Positions 1 through 13,880 of a DNA stretch of 64,000 nt are shown here, piece by piece. The notes beneath the pieces are model-generated. The model worked only from the letters and a program-made list of their open reading frames with translations, searched no databases and was not told where the DNA came from. Positions within the stretch are counted from its first letter, which is position 1, and each line of letters begins with the position of its first letter. A program made the position numbers and the translations under genes. Source of the DNA: Eledone cirrhosa (taxonomy: Eukaryota); contig OZ024740.1 in NCBI GenBank assembly GCA_964016885.1, positions 129,766,001 through 129,830,000 on the forward strand, in the 5' to 3' direction.

Positions 1-1966
1 AAACACATATGTAGAGGCGCTTCTATATGCATGTAGAGGGAAAGCCAAAGCCGCGGCAAAGCAGAAATATGTGATAGCTTACTGTACGTTAAGAAGAGAG
101 GGCTAGTGCTTTTTGATGTAATCGTCATTAGCTTTAAAACTGAAATTTCGTAGTATTTTTTTTTGCTGCAAATAGACGGCAATTAATACGAAAGAATTAT
201 AAATTTCGGTTGTAAGACTTTGTTTTGCTATCTGTTTGATACTGAGCTAATGGATAGACGTCTATCTCTGCAAATATACAAACCATCAGATGCATACACT
301 GACTCACACATGTATATATATACTCCGACCTATATATATAGAAATAGATGGAAGAAAGAGAGAGACGTAAATATATAACGAGAGACAATATTTTGGATGT
401 AATGAATATTAATATAGACATATAGGTTATCTATTGAAATTCAGTATTATTAGACTAGGTTGCACATAATCGAGTGGACTCTTTGGTATTACAAAATACT
501 GAGACAAATTATTGAAAAATATTTATATTTCCTACTATGCCATTTTTGTTTTCAAAATCCATCGTGGTGAATCTGTTTTGGGAGATATGGTGATCTAATA
601 ACAAATTTGATGATATTTCAGTTATGAGGCAGGTTCACATAAAACAATCTTATGTAAATATCTGCAGAATTAAGTATTACCCTTAAAAATGTTTTCGATA
701 TAATTTCCTTATTTCATACAATGATCTCTCAATTCTTGGATGTTTGAGTCATGTTGTTTACTTGCAAATTAAAATCAATATCAAATAAAAGTTACCGATG
801 GCGAGGAAAGATTGGGGCGACCGCAGGAAAATAATGCAGGATTCTTTGTGAGTCCTTTGTGTATATAATATTTATATTACTAGTCAAATACTGGACTTGG
901 TTATATTGGGTATATGTTTGCTCCATGGAATTATGGCATAGTATCAATCTGACGAGATAATGTGATGAATATATCATATGAATTGCGATGGTAATAACTT
1001 GATATGAAGCTGTCGCTATATGGTTACGATTAGATATATTCAGTTATTTCGCTGAAACGGAACATCGGCTCTAATATTGTAATAAGAATATAAGGAATTA
1101 AATTCTCACTCTGCATATATATTCATATATATATAAATTTAGTTTAACTAAATCCAAAACATCCATTGGGCGAGTATAAGCTAGGCAAACTTATATTAAC
1201 ATGTTTCGTTTGTATCGTCCACCTAACTGCAGATCCTAGAAACAAGAAATGAAATAAATTATTCTAATAAATTAGAACAACGAATATTGGAAGAAAAGGG
1301 ATCCTTTGGAATCAGAAATCATATTCAACGGACCGTGTCTGTACGCTGCGTCCAATATCACGTGCGACTTTCGACTACTAAATGAATATATGACGCTTGA
1401 AATAGCACTCGTTATATCCGTGAATATCAACTCAAGAATTAAATATCTGGATAGAACGTTATTTATCACTAATATACTTGGACATCCCAAGCAAAATATA
1501 ACGTGAAAACAGCAATGGCAAGAACAACACCTACAGCAAGAAAGGCGAAGTAAAAGTGAGAGCATCGATGAAACACAAACAACAACAAGAACAACAACAC
1601 TAACATCACCGCCATGAATATTAAAAAGAGTACATTTGTAACCACAGCTGCAAATGTTCAATCTTTGAACACAATGAATTTAACAGAAGAAAAGTACGTG
1701 TGGCCCAGGCGGCAAAGCTCATCACCAGAGGAAAGACCAGGACCTACTGAAATATCACGGTAGAGTAACTGGGAATGGCGAAGAGGAGAACTCGGAAATG
1801 AAGGGGCATTATGGTGCATTTTGACAAAGCTGAGATGGCCTTACGAGCACAAGTGGATATTGCTCAGATGACCTTAATAAATGACATTGAGCACGTAGCA
1901 AGGGCCAAATAATTAGGGAGCTTCTCGGTGCATTTCACAACTTAGGCCCTTGCTATCAAGTATTCA

Positions 1967-2300
1967 CTAGTGCCCTGCATGTCGGACCAAATTGTAATAC
2001 TCGTCCTCTATGGGGATGAGCAGTGCTAAGGTACGTGTTCTCAGGAACCTGCCAAGTCTAGACTTGTGATTGCTCTTGGGTTGCGTATTCGCTGAGGGTC
2101 CTGACACCCACCTCAACCTGAAACCATTCTTCACGCGCTCATTCAATTTTCGAGCATTACTGACGTATACAAAATGTACGTTTGGGGGCTTAATAGCAAC
2201 TCTCATATATCCCCATGAGATATTCTTATTCGGGCAAAATATCAGCAGCTTTGAGTAAGGGAAATCCGTTATATGGTCCCATTTGTATGGCTTGTAAACG
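1967..2300 (-). pseudogene. Degenerate RTE-type LINE RT C-terminal fragment
   Basis: ORF 1967..2437(-) contains NISW...RLRWVSG...RLGRFLRTRT, which loosely matches the RTE ISW...RLRW.GH...G.L..G.R region. Heavily decayed. Confidence 0.4.
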
Positions 2301-3629
2301 GTTTCATAATCCTCGGGAAGATGAATGGAAAATTTGAATTCTGCGCGATTTGAACCGGAACGTAAGTAGCCGCCAATTATATTCTTCTGAGAATAAATTC
2401 TATATTTTCTCAAAATGAAAGAAACGACAAATAACATGATGTTCCATTAGCTTTTGTTCTGTAATACAAATGTTTCATTTATTCGTTAGTATGTATTTGA
2501 TTTTATTTCCTATATTTTTCCAGTTTTATTTATTCACACATTTTGTTATTTATTTCTAATATTTTCTTTTACATTATTGTTGAAGATGCAATTTCAGAAT
2601 TTTCAAGTAATATATTCACGAATTATTTCCTTTAGTTCTGAATAGTTAATACTGCAACAAACATGATATATAGCTCATATTCTATTTTGTAAGGGCGACA
2701 TAACTAACCACGAAGATGTAGTTGTAAATCTTCAAAGAACCAGTTATTTAAAATATTTCTGTCGATCTTCAAATAGAATTATGTTCCAAAACACTATTTC
2801 AAATATAAATTTAAAAATAAAATTAATAAAGAAAGAAAAACTGAAATGAAACTCACACCACTCTGATACACCTTCCGGTATGTGTGTGTCTTTCTACTGC
2901 ACCACTACCACAGCATCAACGAAAACTAGCCCTCAAATAGCCAACACCACATGAAACTTCGTGAAGAATTAAACAGGACAAATAAACTGTCACCAATCAC
3001 AATAATATCGCTAAGAGCAATTAAAAATTTGCACAATATAGATTAAATAGTGAAAAAAACAATAACAACATACCCTCACCATCAACGTCTTCATAAACAA
3101 TAGAAGCAACATCGCAAAACAACAACGGTGAAAACGACAAAGACAAAATGAAATATAGAAATATATATCCCTAAACATGATTTCAAAAATACAATAATAG
3201 CTGTCACGAAACAAATGTCATCAAACAGAAGAAAAATCACACTAATATTACAAACACCAATAAATCTGCCAATATGCTTCGAAAAACCAACACCAGCAAT
3301 CACACAGCACACCAACAAAGTGCATAATTATTCGTTAAAAAAAGTATTTGTTGAGATTGTCAGAATAATTTCAATGGCAGCGATCAAGACGATTCCGTTA
3401 ACAATTGTCAAAATTGATTTCAATGAAAATGGTTGTTCACTAGTGTAGACAACTGAGATTTTAATTAATTGAAGGGTATTTTGAAGTATAGAAGAAATTC
3501 TATATAGATCATCAATAAACAAATCTGTGAGCAACCGAAACACATTTGAAACAATTGAACTGGTGAAACCACAACTAGGGTATTTGCTTAAGAACGCCAG
3601 CTATTACGAAAAAAGAGTGGAGCACAGTA

Positions 3630-4330
3630 AATAATATAGTATCGAGTACCCATAAATTGGAGAGATGACCATTGTTTAAATGCATCTGATCGTAGTTCTT
3701 CTGTATCATATTTTGAAGTGGATGAATGAAAAATATGTACAGAAACGGGGAAATAACTGCCTCAACAGCCAGAAAGAGAACATCTGTTATAATCATTTCT
3801 GAAGGTGCCAGAACAACATAATATTAATAAAAATGAAACAACAAAACTTAAGTAATACTGAAAAAAGAAACGAGAGCATCATTACGAAGCCATCTTTTGT
3901 CCCTAAATTTCGCTTTTAGTTAGAAAAGCATTGATGCAATATGGAATGACCGAAATTGTTTCTCTGCGTTTTGGTTGAGATCAAAATGTCGATTAACTGA
4001 AAATTACGGTCAAACATAATGTTGGAACTAACAACAGCAGAATAGATGAAAGCGTCTGATAGACCCGGTATAAACAAAACAGCACTTAATATTTTCCGAT
4101 ATGGGATAAGTAAAATTAGCCACAATGAAACCAATAACTAAAGTAAAAATCATCAAGAAATATAAGGGAAACACCCCATTTTTACCGATACCAGAATAGG
4201 TGAGACCGATAAATATATACGAATTTGAGGAACGCACTGTCGAAATCCGTAACGCACACTCCACACAAGAGGCTCTAGTAAGAAACACATTAGAAGTATA
4301 TAGAACGATGAGAAGGAAATTCACAAGGCG
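3630..4330 (+). pseudogene. Highly degraded Penelope-like RT thumb/GIY-YIG remnant
   Basis: Frameshifted motifs occur in the expected order: SVSYFEV (LPFLDV-like), MYRNG (VYRKP-like), and IGET..YIRI*.TH near 4197 (YIGET..R..EH-like). Confidence 0.35.
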
Positions 4331-5529
4331 ATATTTTGGCAAAGACGGGAAGATCTTTTCTCTTCTCCGAATCCTTTTTTTTTCTATTATATAATGTAAA
4401 TATTTGTCATTTTGTGGCTGATTGCAATCAAGTTATTTGATATAGTGAAGGATGTGACCACGCAGATAACAAACTTACACATGCAACATACATAACAGAG
4501 ATATATGTAAACCTATTCATTTGAAGCTGGGTAACTCTTTCCCGAAAGGATATTACTGAGTGAATTAGAAGGATTTGAGGGGGAGAGGATAAGCAAGAAT
4601 TGTACACGATTCTCTTTTAAAATACACAGTAATGTAAAGTAAGAGAAGATAATATTGATAGTCTGATAGGTTGTCTAAAAGAGGCGATCAAGAAATAAGT
4701 CACAAAAAATACGCGGGCGGCGAAAGCTAGTTAAATGTGTAGCCAAATATTTTAAAATATGGATATTAACCGCCAACCTTGAAACAATTCATGCTCTATA
4801 CCATAAAATAAATATGGCATGATATGATCGATCTATTCCAGCACAGTAACCATTAAGTATTTCGGTAATGCACCATGGTAGATAAACAGAGAATGGTACA
4901 GGCAAGCACAAATTATATGAAGTCGTTAGTGCGGTTAAAATAAAAAAAAAGGTGACAAAAATCCATTAGTATCACTATGGAACAGGTGATATACACAACA
5001 CGATATTACAAAAAGTATTTAGCAAGTAAATGTAGCCTTGGTAGAAAAGACAAGTATTGAAATGGTGATAGTGAGGACAGCTCTTGTTTATTAATTTGAC
5101 AAAACCAGGTGTAGGAAAAAATAATTGTTTCTACTTTTGGCACAAGTCCAACAATTACCCAAATGAACGAAAGACAGAGGCATGGCAAGACAAGGGGATC
5201 ACAATGCTGTCATTGATTGAACATATTAAGCATGTCTCATCTAGTGTGATGCAATCAATTTAGGGCAATCAAAATCATTCGACGAGATAGAATAAAAGCA
5301 TTGTAGAATGTCTTTAGGTTCATTGATGTCCACCATTCGTCCTATTTGATTTGCATTTTCTAATTCTTGATATAAAATAATTGCGAATAGTATATTGACG
5401 TGAATTTAATGGATTATACACAATCTTGACTTTATATCATAATCACGTTCTTCATCTTGATTTTATTCATCGTTGACTTCCTCCTCCAACTCTAAATCCA
5501 CCTCAACTTTATAATGATGATGGTCATAA

Positions 5530-5531
5530 TT

Positions 5532-5565
<34 letters not shown>
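5530..5565. repeat. (ATC)n microsatellite
   Basis: Read directly from the sequence. Confidence 0.9.
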
Positions 5566-5568
<3 letters not shown>

Positions 5569-6155
5569 CCATGCTTGCCGTCGTAGTCTTTCTCACATCA
5601 TCTTCATCTTCGTTAGCACTGTCACCACTATCATCGTCGCCAAAATCAGGGCGATGATCATTATCATAATCGACATCAAATATCAATGTCTTCCTCATCA
5701 ACACTATCATTTTTTATCATAATTTTCACCACCTACATCGCCACTACCATCAAAACACAACAATCACAAAATTACATTATCATTATCATCTGTACTATTA
5801 TCAACAGAACAATAAATGGATTAAAATTACCCTGAAATCACAACACAGCATTTTTACCATTAACAATGTGTAGGTTGTCGGAGAACTGGATAGTTGGATG
5901 TGAGATAGTCAATAATGCAATACTGTTTCATGAATTTCTAAAGTCTAAAAGTAATTAAAAATATGAATGATGGTTTTTCATAAAATGTTACTTCTAATAT
6001 TGGGCAGAGTAAAAATCAATGTTTAAAGAGAACTCTGACTCGTTTATACATATTTAAATACATTCTTCTCGACTCGATACTTGTTATGGCATAATGACGA
6101 GCGGAAAGAATCCTCCGCTCATCCACCTCCACCTGCACGAAGTTCTCCTCCTCCA

Positions 6156-6189
<34 letters not shown>

Positions 6190-6369
6190 ATGCAAATGCT
6201 ACTGCTGTTGTTGCTGGTACTACTACTACTACTTCGCACTTCATCATTGTTTATTGTTATTTATTAATGTTTTCCTGGTTTTTATTGGAAAACCCCACTG
6301 TCTCTGTCTCTTATATTCTCCCATATACGTCATTCCTTGAGACCAATTAAAAATTGTCATCGATGTTCT

Positions 6370-7680
6370 GATAGGGGGAGGGGCACAGACATGTGTCCTA
6401 CCAAGTGATCCGTGATCCATCCACGACAATTTCCACATTATGTGATGCATAATATTCAGTGTGGTTAAGGAACCTGGCTAGCGTTGGGCAGTGATCATCA
6501 TAGATCATTCGACTTTACCTGGTTAACTTTCGTTCCTGTCACCACCTTGTATTCTCTTAGAGTAGTGCCGATCACTTCTATTTTTGATATATTTGACGGC
6601 AGACACCACCGTCGCCGGCATAAATTGACACGGTTCTCCCTCATCCAGGCTCGGGCGGGGTGCACCAGTACGTCACCAGAACGTCACCAGTTTGTGCAGT
6701 AATGGCTGTAGAGCCAATACATACAACAGGGTTTAGAGCGGAATTCCTTGGCGGACTAATGTCCATTTCAAGTTAAGGACTAAAGTCCATTACACAAACC
6801 AGCCTAAACCTGCTCCCGAGCAGTTGACGGAAGTGCAGCTGAAAGGCCTCTTACATCTGCTCGGGATCGACTAATATGCACCCGTCGTGATGTGGCAAAG
6901 CCCGGATCGTTGATTTGTTACCAAAACGCGCCTCCGTCACCTGGGTTTATTGAATGGCTTTCGTCCTCACGTGTCTTAATGCACACGCCCTATCTCTGAA
7001 AACGTAGCCTTCGTGCTTAACGTTGAAGAATTGACAAGGGACACTCTCTCCGCTTCTGCGTCCGTGGCGATTCCTTTTTCAAGCGCCTCGTCTAGTTTTC
7101 TAACTAGTTCTGTCTCTTCTCTATTCCTTTCTATCACTATGCGCGGGCCTTGGAGATTCTGGTCTCACTAATGCCCACCACATCTATGTTCACCAAACAG
7201 CCCGTTGAGACTGTAGACCTGCTTCCAAGACAACCCCAGGCCACATATCCATGTTGGATATGACAGGCTGAGAGTATCCATGTTGGATATGACAGCAGAA
7301 AACAGATGAGAGGGGGAACAATCTTTGGCGTTTTGGAAAGAGGGTGGGTGATCCCTCAATAGTCTCCATCTTTTTTTTTTAAGATTGAATAAGTGTTTTG
7401 GGAAATTCCATTTATTTATGTGTGGATGTGGTTCAGTTTTTAGCTTTGTGTGTAATTTGTTTCGGTGATGATGAGCGTGTGTTGTATGTAATTTAGACTT
7501 GTGTTGTTGTTTGTCTCTATCTCTGGGTGTTGTTTTTGTGTTCGGGTTGTTGGTGATGTTTATCTTTACTCTGGTGTTGATGGAGGTGACGATGGGTTGA
7601 TGATGATGATTATGGTGGTATGGTAGAGGTCAAGCTGAGGGTAGTATTGCTGATGGTAATGTTGTTTGTGGCGGGTGCGA
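6370..7680 (-). mobile_element. Old, internally deleted copy of the L1/Tx1-type LINE found later in the window
   Basis: 7085-7140 matches ~57807-57860 (gcctcgtcta.ttttctaactagttct). 7151-7250 matches ~58627-58720 (ggagattctggtctc.ct.atg...acatctatgtt). A GTT/GGT-rich ORF1-like tail follows at 7400-7680. Confidence 0.65.
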
Positions 7681-7907
7681 GGCTAATTTACCCAACCAAT
7701 CATGAACCACCCAATGCTTTGACGGCACCCGAAAACACCTTCCTTCTCACCGTCAAATAAACCAGCCTACCGATGCATCCTAGGAGATGGCGCACTAATG
7801 TGCCATCTGCAGCTTTCAGCCGGCGGAAATAAAGAGGTGGGTATAAAAACGATAGAAGAAGAAGAAGAAGAAGAAGACGAAGATGAAGAAGAAGAAAATA
7901 TATCTAA

Positions 7908-8006
7908 AATAATTGTTTCTACTTTTGGCATAAGGCCAGCAATTATCCCAGTGTATTACTGGTACTTTATTTTATCGACCCCGTAAGGATGAAAGGCAAA
8001 GTTAAA
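7908..8006 (-). mobile_element. Partial (3') tRNA-derived SINE
   Basis: Reverse complement of the SINE body at 39291-39480 (aactttgcctttcatccttacggggtcgat...gtagaaacaatt). Confidence 0.8.
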
Positions 8007-8184
8007 TAATGATAATTTTGACAACATCAATATTTCTATTTGCATTTAACAATCGATATTCTGATGATTATGACTACACAACATTTATACTAATCATAGC
8101 TTTCATTATGATTTCTTTAATCTGATAAACCTGTTAAAAAATATATAAAACGCAATGACAGCTAACTATAGTATTTTCCGGGAA

Positions 8185-11100
8185 TCTATATATATAAATC
8201 TGAGGATGTGTGTGTTAAGGTTTGTAACGGATTCACGTCCACAATTTCCAACGGATTCTATTCAAAGTCGGGACAATTATTGCTTTTGTCAGGAAAAGGG
8301 CATGAAGTAAGGACAATTCAAATCCATCAAAAATAAGTGCAAAAATCGATCATGATTATTCCCCTCTCTATAATTTAACTGCTTTACTCAATCTGTCGCT
8401 CTTCACTCCCTATATGACAACACTGCAGGAGAGAAACAATGTGTATGGTGAAATGGAGCGTTCCGTATATTCCCCTCTCTATAAGTTAACTGCTTTAGTG
8501 GAGCATACGGCTGATCGGGGGCATTTTCAATCGGCTTATTGCAAATAACAACCCACAAAATAACACTTCATATAACAGATTAATTCTATACACATATGAA
8601 TCGGAATGTTTAAATTATTTATTTTTTAAGACTTTAATTGGTTAAATATTAATATGACAACACCATTAGTGTTGTAGTTCTGGCAATGTTGCCGAATACA
8701 CTGATTAGGTGAGTGTGCGTTAATGTTTTTTTTCTTTTCATATAAAGTCAAATATCTCCATCCAAATACTACCAGTTGGTAGATAATTAGTCATACCTAC
8801 CGCCAATTTTGTTTGAATATTGCATCTAATTTACCTTTTTTTCGTTGCCATTTCATCTTCCATTCAATTATGTTTACCATTTAGTTTCGAATTTCTTAAG
8901 GTTTTTGTTTACATTTTCAGATATAATGCCCACCAAAAAGAGATGCTCACTTGGTCGTAAAATGGTGTGTGCAGCTAAACAGAAAAGAAGATGCTTGAAT
9001 GAGTCGCAGGAGGGAACTGAATTGCGATTGTCACAAAGTGCTTTACGTTTAGCAAATAGACGAGCTGCTGAAACCGACGACCAGCGTAGTGAGCGTCTAG
9101 CCAGCAATACATCTTACTATACTTCGTCGCGTGCTAAGCTTGTTGATTTAGACCGTTCCATCCGTAATTCCCGGAATACTCTGGCTACTGCCGCTGCTAG
9201 AGCTACCGAACATGAATAGCAAAAATGACTTCGTAATTCCGTAATGCTTGCGCTACTGCCGCTGCAAGAGCCGAAGAATCACACAACGATCGCAGTATTA
9301 GACTAGAAAAGAACAATCGGCGTAAAGAAGCTGCCCGGTGCATAAACAGTCAAAACAATTCATATTGGCTTTTAAAAGCTTTTAATTATGATCCAACATT
9401 TAACCTCTCAATGCGGCCTGACGTCCAGATTGGGAACATGAATTTAACTTGCAAGATCTGTAGTGCAAATAAGTGGGCTGGATAACCACCTGGAATGTGC
9501 TGCTCCAATGGGAAGGTTAATTTACTCCCCTTAGAGGACCCACCGCAGCCTTTGAAAAAACTTCCTACTGGCACAACTCCTAGGTCAAAAGATGTTCTTG
9601 AACTCACCAGAAATTACAATTGTACCTTTCAGAAGACCTCTTTCGGGGCACGCGTTGTCAGAGAAGAAGGGTCCATGCCCACATTTAAAGTTCAGGGACA
9701 TATATAACATCTAATTGGATCACTCCAACCTCAAGAAACGGAAAAGTCTGCGTTTCTCCAAATCTACTTCATAACTGACTACATTAGACAGGCTGACATG
9801 CGTATTTCTATTATTCCTAAGTCTAACGGCGAGAAAAGAAAAGCTGTTGACAAAGACATACTCCTCGGTCTTCAATGCATGCTTCATGAAAATAACAGCT
9901 ACGTCCATAGCTTCAAATTTGCCTTGGAATCAACACCTGTACACAACTTCAACATCGTTATTGATGCTGACAAAAGGCCACCTGGGGAGCATGCTCGCCG
10001 CTATAATGCCCACGCATGCAATGAAGTAGCCGTTGTTCTCCATGGAGATCAGCATAAAAAGGGACACTGTCATTAAAAGTTGTGACGATACGCTGTAGAG
10101 GATATGTAAAACGCATCGGTCATACGACAGCCTACAATATCCACTGCTTTTTGCTTATGGGGAAGACGGATACCATTTCGGCATTCCTCAAAGTAAGTCA
10201 AACAATTCTGACGGGACATAAAACAATTCTGACGAGGCGTTAAACAATCCTGACGAGACGTCACATAAAAGCGTATCCTGTATCGATTTGTATTCCTACC
10301 GCTCCATGATCAAACAGAATAGTTTTAATCATATTCATAGATCACGAGAGCTTTTCCATCAGTTTGCAGTTGATATGGCTGCAAACATGGAGTCTGAAAG
10401 GTTATGCTTCATTCACACGCACCAGAAACAGTTGCGTTCTGAATGTTTCATTCACATCCGTGATGGCATAACGAATGATGCAGATCCCCGGAACCTTGGA
10501 AAGGTTTGTATCCTTCCCTCTAGTTACTTTGGGGATGGGGGTGGTCGATACATGCACGAAAGAACCCAGGAAGCCATGGCGTGTATGCGCCATTATGGTC
10601 GCCCAGATTTGTTCATTACATTCACGTGTAATCCGAAATGGGTTGAGATAACCCGTGAACTTTTTCCCGGAAAAACTTATTCGAATAGACATGACCTCAT
10701 TGCCAGAGTATTCAAAATGAAACTGGCTAAACTCATGGCTTTAAACAAAAAAGGGTCAGGTATTTGGGCTGTAAAATGTGACATGTTCTCTGTCGAATGG
10801 CAAAAGCGAGGGCTCTCACATGCTCACATTTTGATTTGGTTAGCTGATAAAATCAATTCAAATGCCATAGACAGCTTCATTTCGGCTGAAATCCCTAACC
10901 CAGCAACTGACCGGGAATTACATGACATCGTCAAACCTAACATGGTCCGTGTACGTCGGGCCCTAATGAGCATCACACGTGCCTGGAAGGGGGTCGTGCA
11001 ATAAGGGGTACCCCAAAAACTTTGTTGACGAGACTCAGACTGGTGGCGACGAGTACTCCCTGTACAAGCAGAGACGGCCCGAGAACGGTGGATTCACCAC

Positions 11101-12558
11101 AACAGTAAAGGGAGGTCAAGTCGACAATAGATGGGTGGTCCCTTACTGCGTGCTTCTCTTGAAGATGTTCAACGCCCATATCAACTGTTGAGATTTGCAA
11201 CTGCGTCAAGTCTATAAAATACATATGCAAATATATAAATAAGGGCTATGATGGCGCAATGTTCGCATTTCAAGCTGAAAATAGGGACGAATTCAGAGAA
11301 TACCTGGCGGGGTGGTACATCAGTAGCAATGAAGTTTTTTGGCGGCTATTTGGTTTACTCCTACACCAACGGCACCCCGCCATCGTACAACTTGCGGTAC
11401 ATTTGGTAAATGGGCAAATAGTTTATTTACGGACCAAACCGTCGCCGAGTGGGCCGCCGATCCTACTTTATATGATCGAAAAACACTTGGGTGGGAAGAA
11501 AGTCAAGTCAGCTTGTTGAACGACATACTGGTGAAAAAATTTGACAGCTGTCTTGGAAAGGTTTACACTGTGCCCCCGAATCAGCATGAGTACTTTCATC
11601 TCCGGCTTCTTCTGCATGAAATTGTATGGCCCACACAGTTTTCAGGACCTCAAAACTGTTGATGGAGAAATATGTGATACGTACCGGAAAGCCTGCTTTA
11701 AGCGTGGTCTTTTGGAAGATGATTCGCAATGGGATTCCACTTTAGCAGAGGGTGCTTGTTGAAATCACCTAAAAGTCTACGGCATCTTTTTGGCATTTTG
11801 CTTCAAAAGTCTGAATTGGGTGATCACAAATCTTTATGGGTCAAGTAGAGAGACTTCATGTATGAGGACTTCCTGCGCCTGGCTCATCTGCAGTATCCTT
11901 CAGTGGAAGTTGCTTACAGCGACATTATCTACAACAGGGCACTCATATATATCGAGGACGCCCTCCTCGACATGGGTGGGAGTCAGTTAGAGCGGTATGG
12001 ATTGCCGTCAACCGTCAGAGAGGAAGCTAAGACGTTGGCGCCGGATTTGTTGCGGGACGTACCAAAGTTTGGTATATTTAACTATCATTGACGCGGTTCA
12101 AAGTTATACTGGGGGAATTTACTTTCTCGATGCTCCTGGGGGTACCGGAAAAACGTTTGTAACAAAATTGATTGTCGCTAATATTCGTCAGGAGAAAAAT
12201 ATTGCGTTGGCCGTTGCATCGTCCGGCATCGCTGCTACTTTGCTGCCGGGAGGCAGGACAGCACATTCAACATTTAAACTCCCCTTGGATTTAGGATAAT
12301 TTGAGACACCAACATGCAATATCAATAAGAGCCCACACGAAGCATGGGTTCTCAAAAAATGTTACCTCATTTTTTGGGATGAGTGCACAATAGCACACAA
12401 GGGTTCCGTTGAGGCATTGGACGGGTCCCTGAAAGACATTAGGGATTCTACAGCTCCTATGTGTGGTGTAAGCCTTCTGCTCTCAGGGAATTTTCGGCGA
12501 ACGCTGCCTGTCATCCCAAAGGGACAAGAGCTGAGGAAGTGCGTGCCTGCCTTAAGTC

Positions 12559-12560
<2 letters not shown>
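8185..12560 (+). mobile_element. Helitron A (autonomous-type, decayed, 3'-truncated at a (TA)n tract)
   Basis: 5' terminus A|TCTATATATATAAA at 8185, followed by a RepHel reading frame broken by stops and frameshifts. Confidence 0.85.
8926..12560 (+). pseudogene. Helitron RepHel (HUH Rep endonuclease + Pif1-family helicase), disrupted
   Basis: Motifs CCSNGKV, PTFKVQG, FITFTCNPKW, VEWQKRGLSHAHILIW (HUH), YICKYINKG, DAPGGTGKT (Walker A), GRTAHSTFKLP and WDECT are spread over ORFs 9495-12560. Confidence 0.9.
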
Positions 12561-12644
<84 letters not shown>

Positions 12645-12645
12645 G
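12559..12645. repeat. (TA)n microsatellite at the Helitron A/B junction
   Basis: Read directly from the sequence. Confidence 0.9.
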
Positions 12646-12679
12646 TTTATATGTCTTATTTTTTCGTTTTCGTTTCTTA

Positions 12680-13880
12680 TCTCTCTCTATATATAACCGA
12701 AGGTGTCTGTGTGTGTATGACTTTTTATGCATTTCCACATTTTTCTACCGATTTGGATGATTTTTTTCCAATGTGATCCAAATTTACCAACGATCGTCAA
12801 CGCGTAATAAACTTTGCCAAAAATGTGCTGCTTCTATGAAAAGCATCGATGAAACTAAATACATGATGTAACCCTCTCTCTTACACGCTTATTCCCTCTC
12901 TCTACTACTCAACAGCGACAAAACTTCGTTCAGGGACGCGACATAAACTTTGAAAGCTAAGCAACACATCATTTTATCCAACAACAAACATAGTCATAAC
13001 GCTCTCTCCGTCGCTCTTACCTCTCTCTATAATAGATTATTCCCCCTCTCTATAATTTAACTGCTGGGGGAATCATTGGAGTTCCGTATTGACATACGGC
13101 TTTTCTGGGGTATTTTGAATCGGCTTATTGCAAATAACAACCCGCAAAATAACACTTCATATAACAGATTAATGCTATAGACATATGAATCGGAATGTTT
13201 AAATTATTTATCTTTTACGACTTTCATTGGTTAAATATTAATATGACAACAGCCATAGTGTTATACTTCTGGCAATTCTGCCGAATACACTCCCAAGGAT
13301 GAACCTTTTCCCCTCGGCGTCAGATATCCCGTTCGATTTCCGGCGATCCTAATTCCCGGTGAGACCATGTTTTGCCATCTCCATTAACAAGTCACAAAGG
13401 CAAACATTGTCGGTGTCGGGCATCCATTTAGAGGATCCATGCTTCTCCCATGGCCAACTTTTAGTTGCCTGTTCCCGCGTAGGGAGCATTAATGGACTTT
13501 TTGCTTACACTCCTCAAGGGATGACACGCAATATCGTCTACAAAGAGTTGCTATAGATGTTGGTGCAGGTGTTGGGGGTTTGGGAGCTATGCCGTCTGAA
13601 AAACTATTTCCTGGTAGGTTCACCCATGGCGGACATATCTGACACCCAGCGGCATCAGGGCCACCATCTTGTAACATTGGTCTGCTAAATTCGCTATTGG
13701 AAGATTATTAACCCATCATTGATTGTCCAAAATGGTTTATTGGTTCGTAACTTTTAATAACCGGTTCAACTGCTTTATGCACTTAATTGATAAGCTTATT
13801 CGCTTTAAAGCCCCGTTTACCTGTATGTAACGTTTCATAGGAAATAAACAAACCCGAGCAACGCCGGGCTAAACTGCTAG
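12680..13880 (+). mobile_element. Helitron B (non-autonomous, internally deleted) providing the 3' terminus
   Basis: 5' end A|TCTCTCTCTATATATAACC. 13036-13291 resembles the Helitron A leader 8352-8701. Helicase C-terminal motifs FAISINKSQ and FSHGQL..ACSRV are present. A hairpin CCCGAGC-AAC-GCCGGG (13853-13868) precedes CTAG|T at 13877-13881. Confidence 0.8.
13295..13556 (+). pseudogene. Pif1 helicase C-terminal fragment (motifs V-VI)
   Basis: RPCFAISINKSQRQTL...CFSHGQLLVACSRVG...TRNIVYKELL*. Confidence 0.85.

Noticed and set aside
4708-4731. CGCGGGCGGCGAAAGCTAG|T as a Helitron-like terminus
   Set aside because: There is no clear hairpin and no matching 5' end or internal homology.
8061-8105. 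CTGATGA followed by a TTATGA/TCATAG stem
   Set aside because: No GAAA or cleavage triplet follows.
10196-10262. Three ~21-bp tandem units (aaacaattctgacg...) resembling a CRISPR or iteron array
   Set aside because: This is a short minisatellite inside the Helitron coding region with no spacers, in a eukaryotic context.
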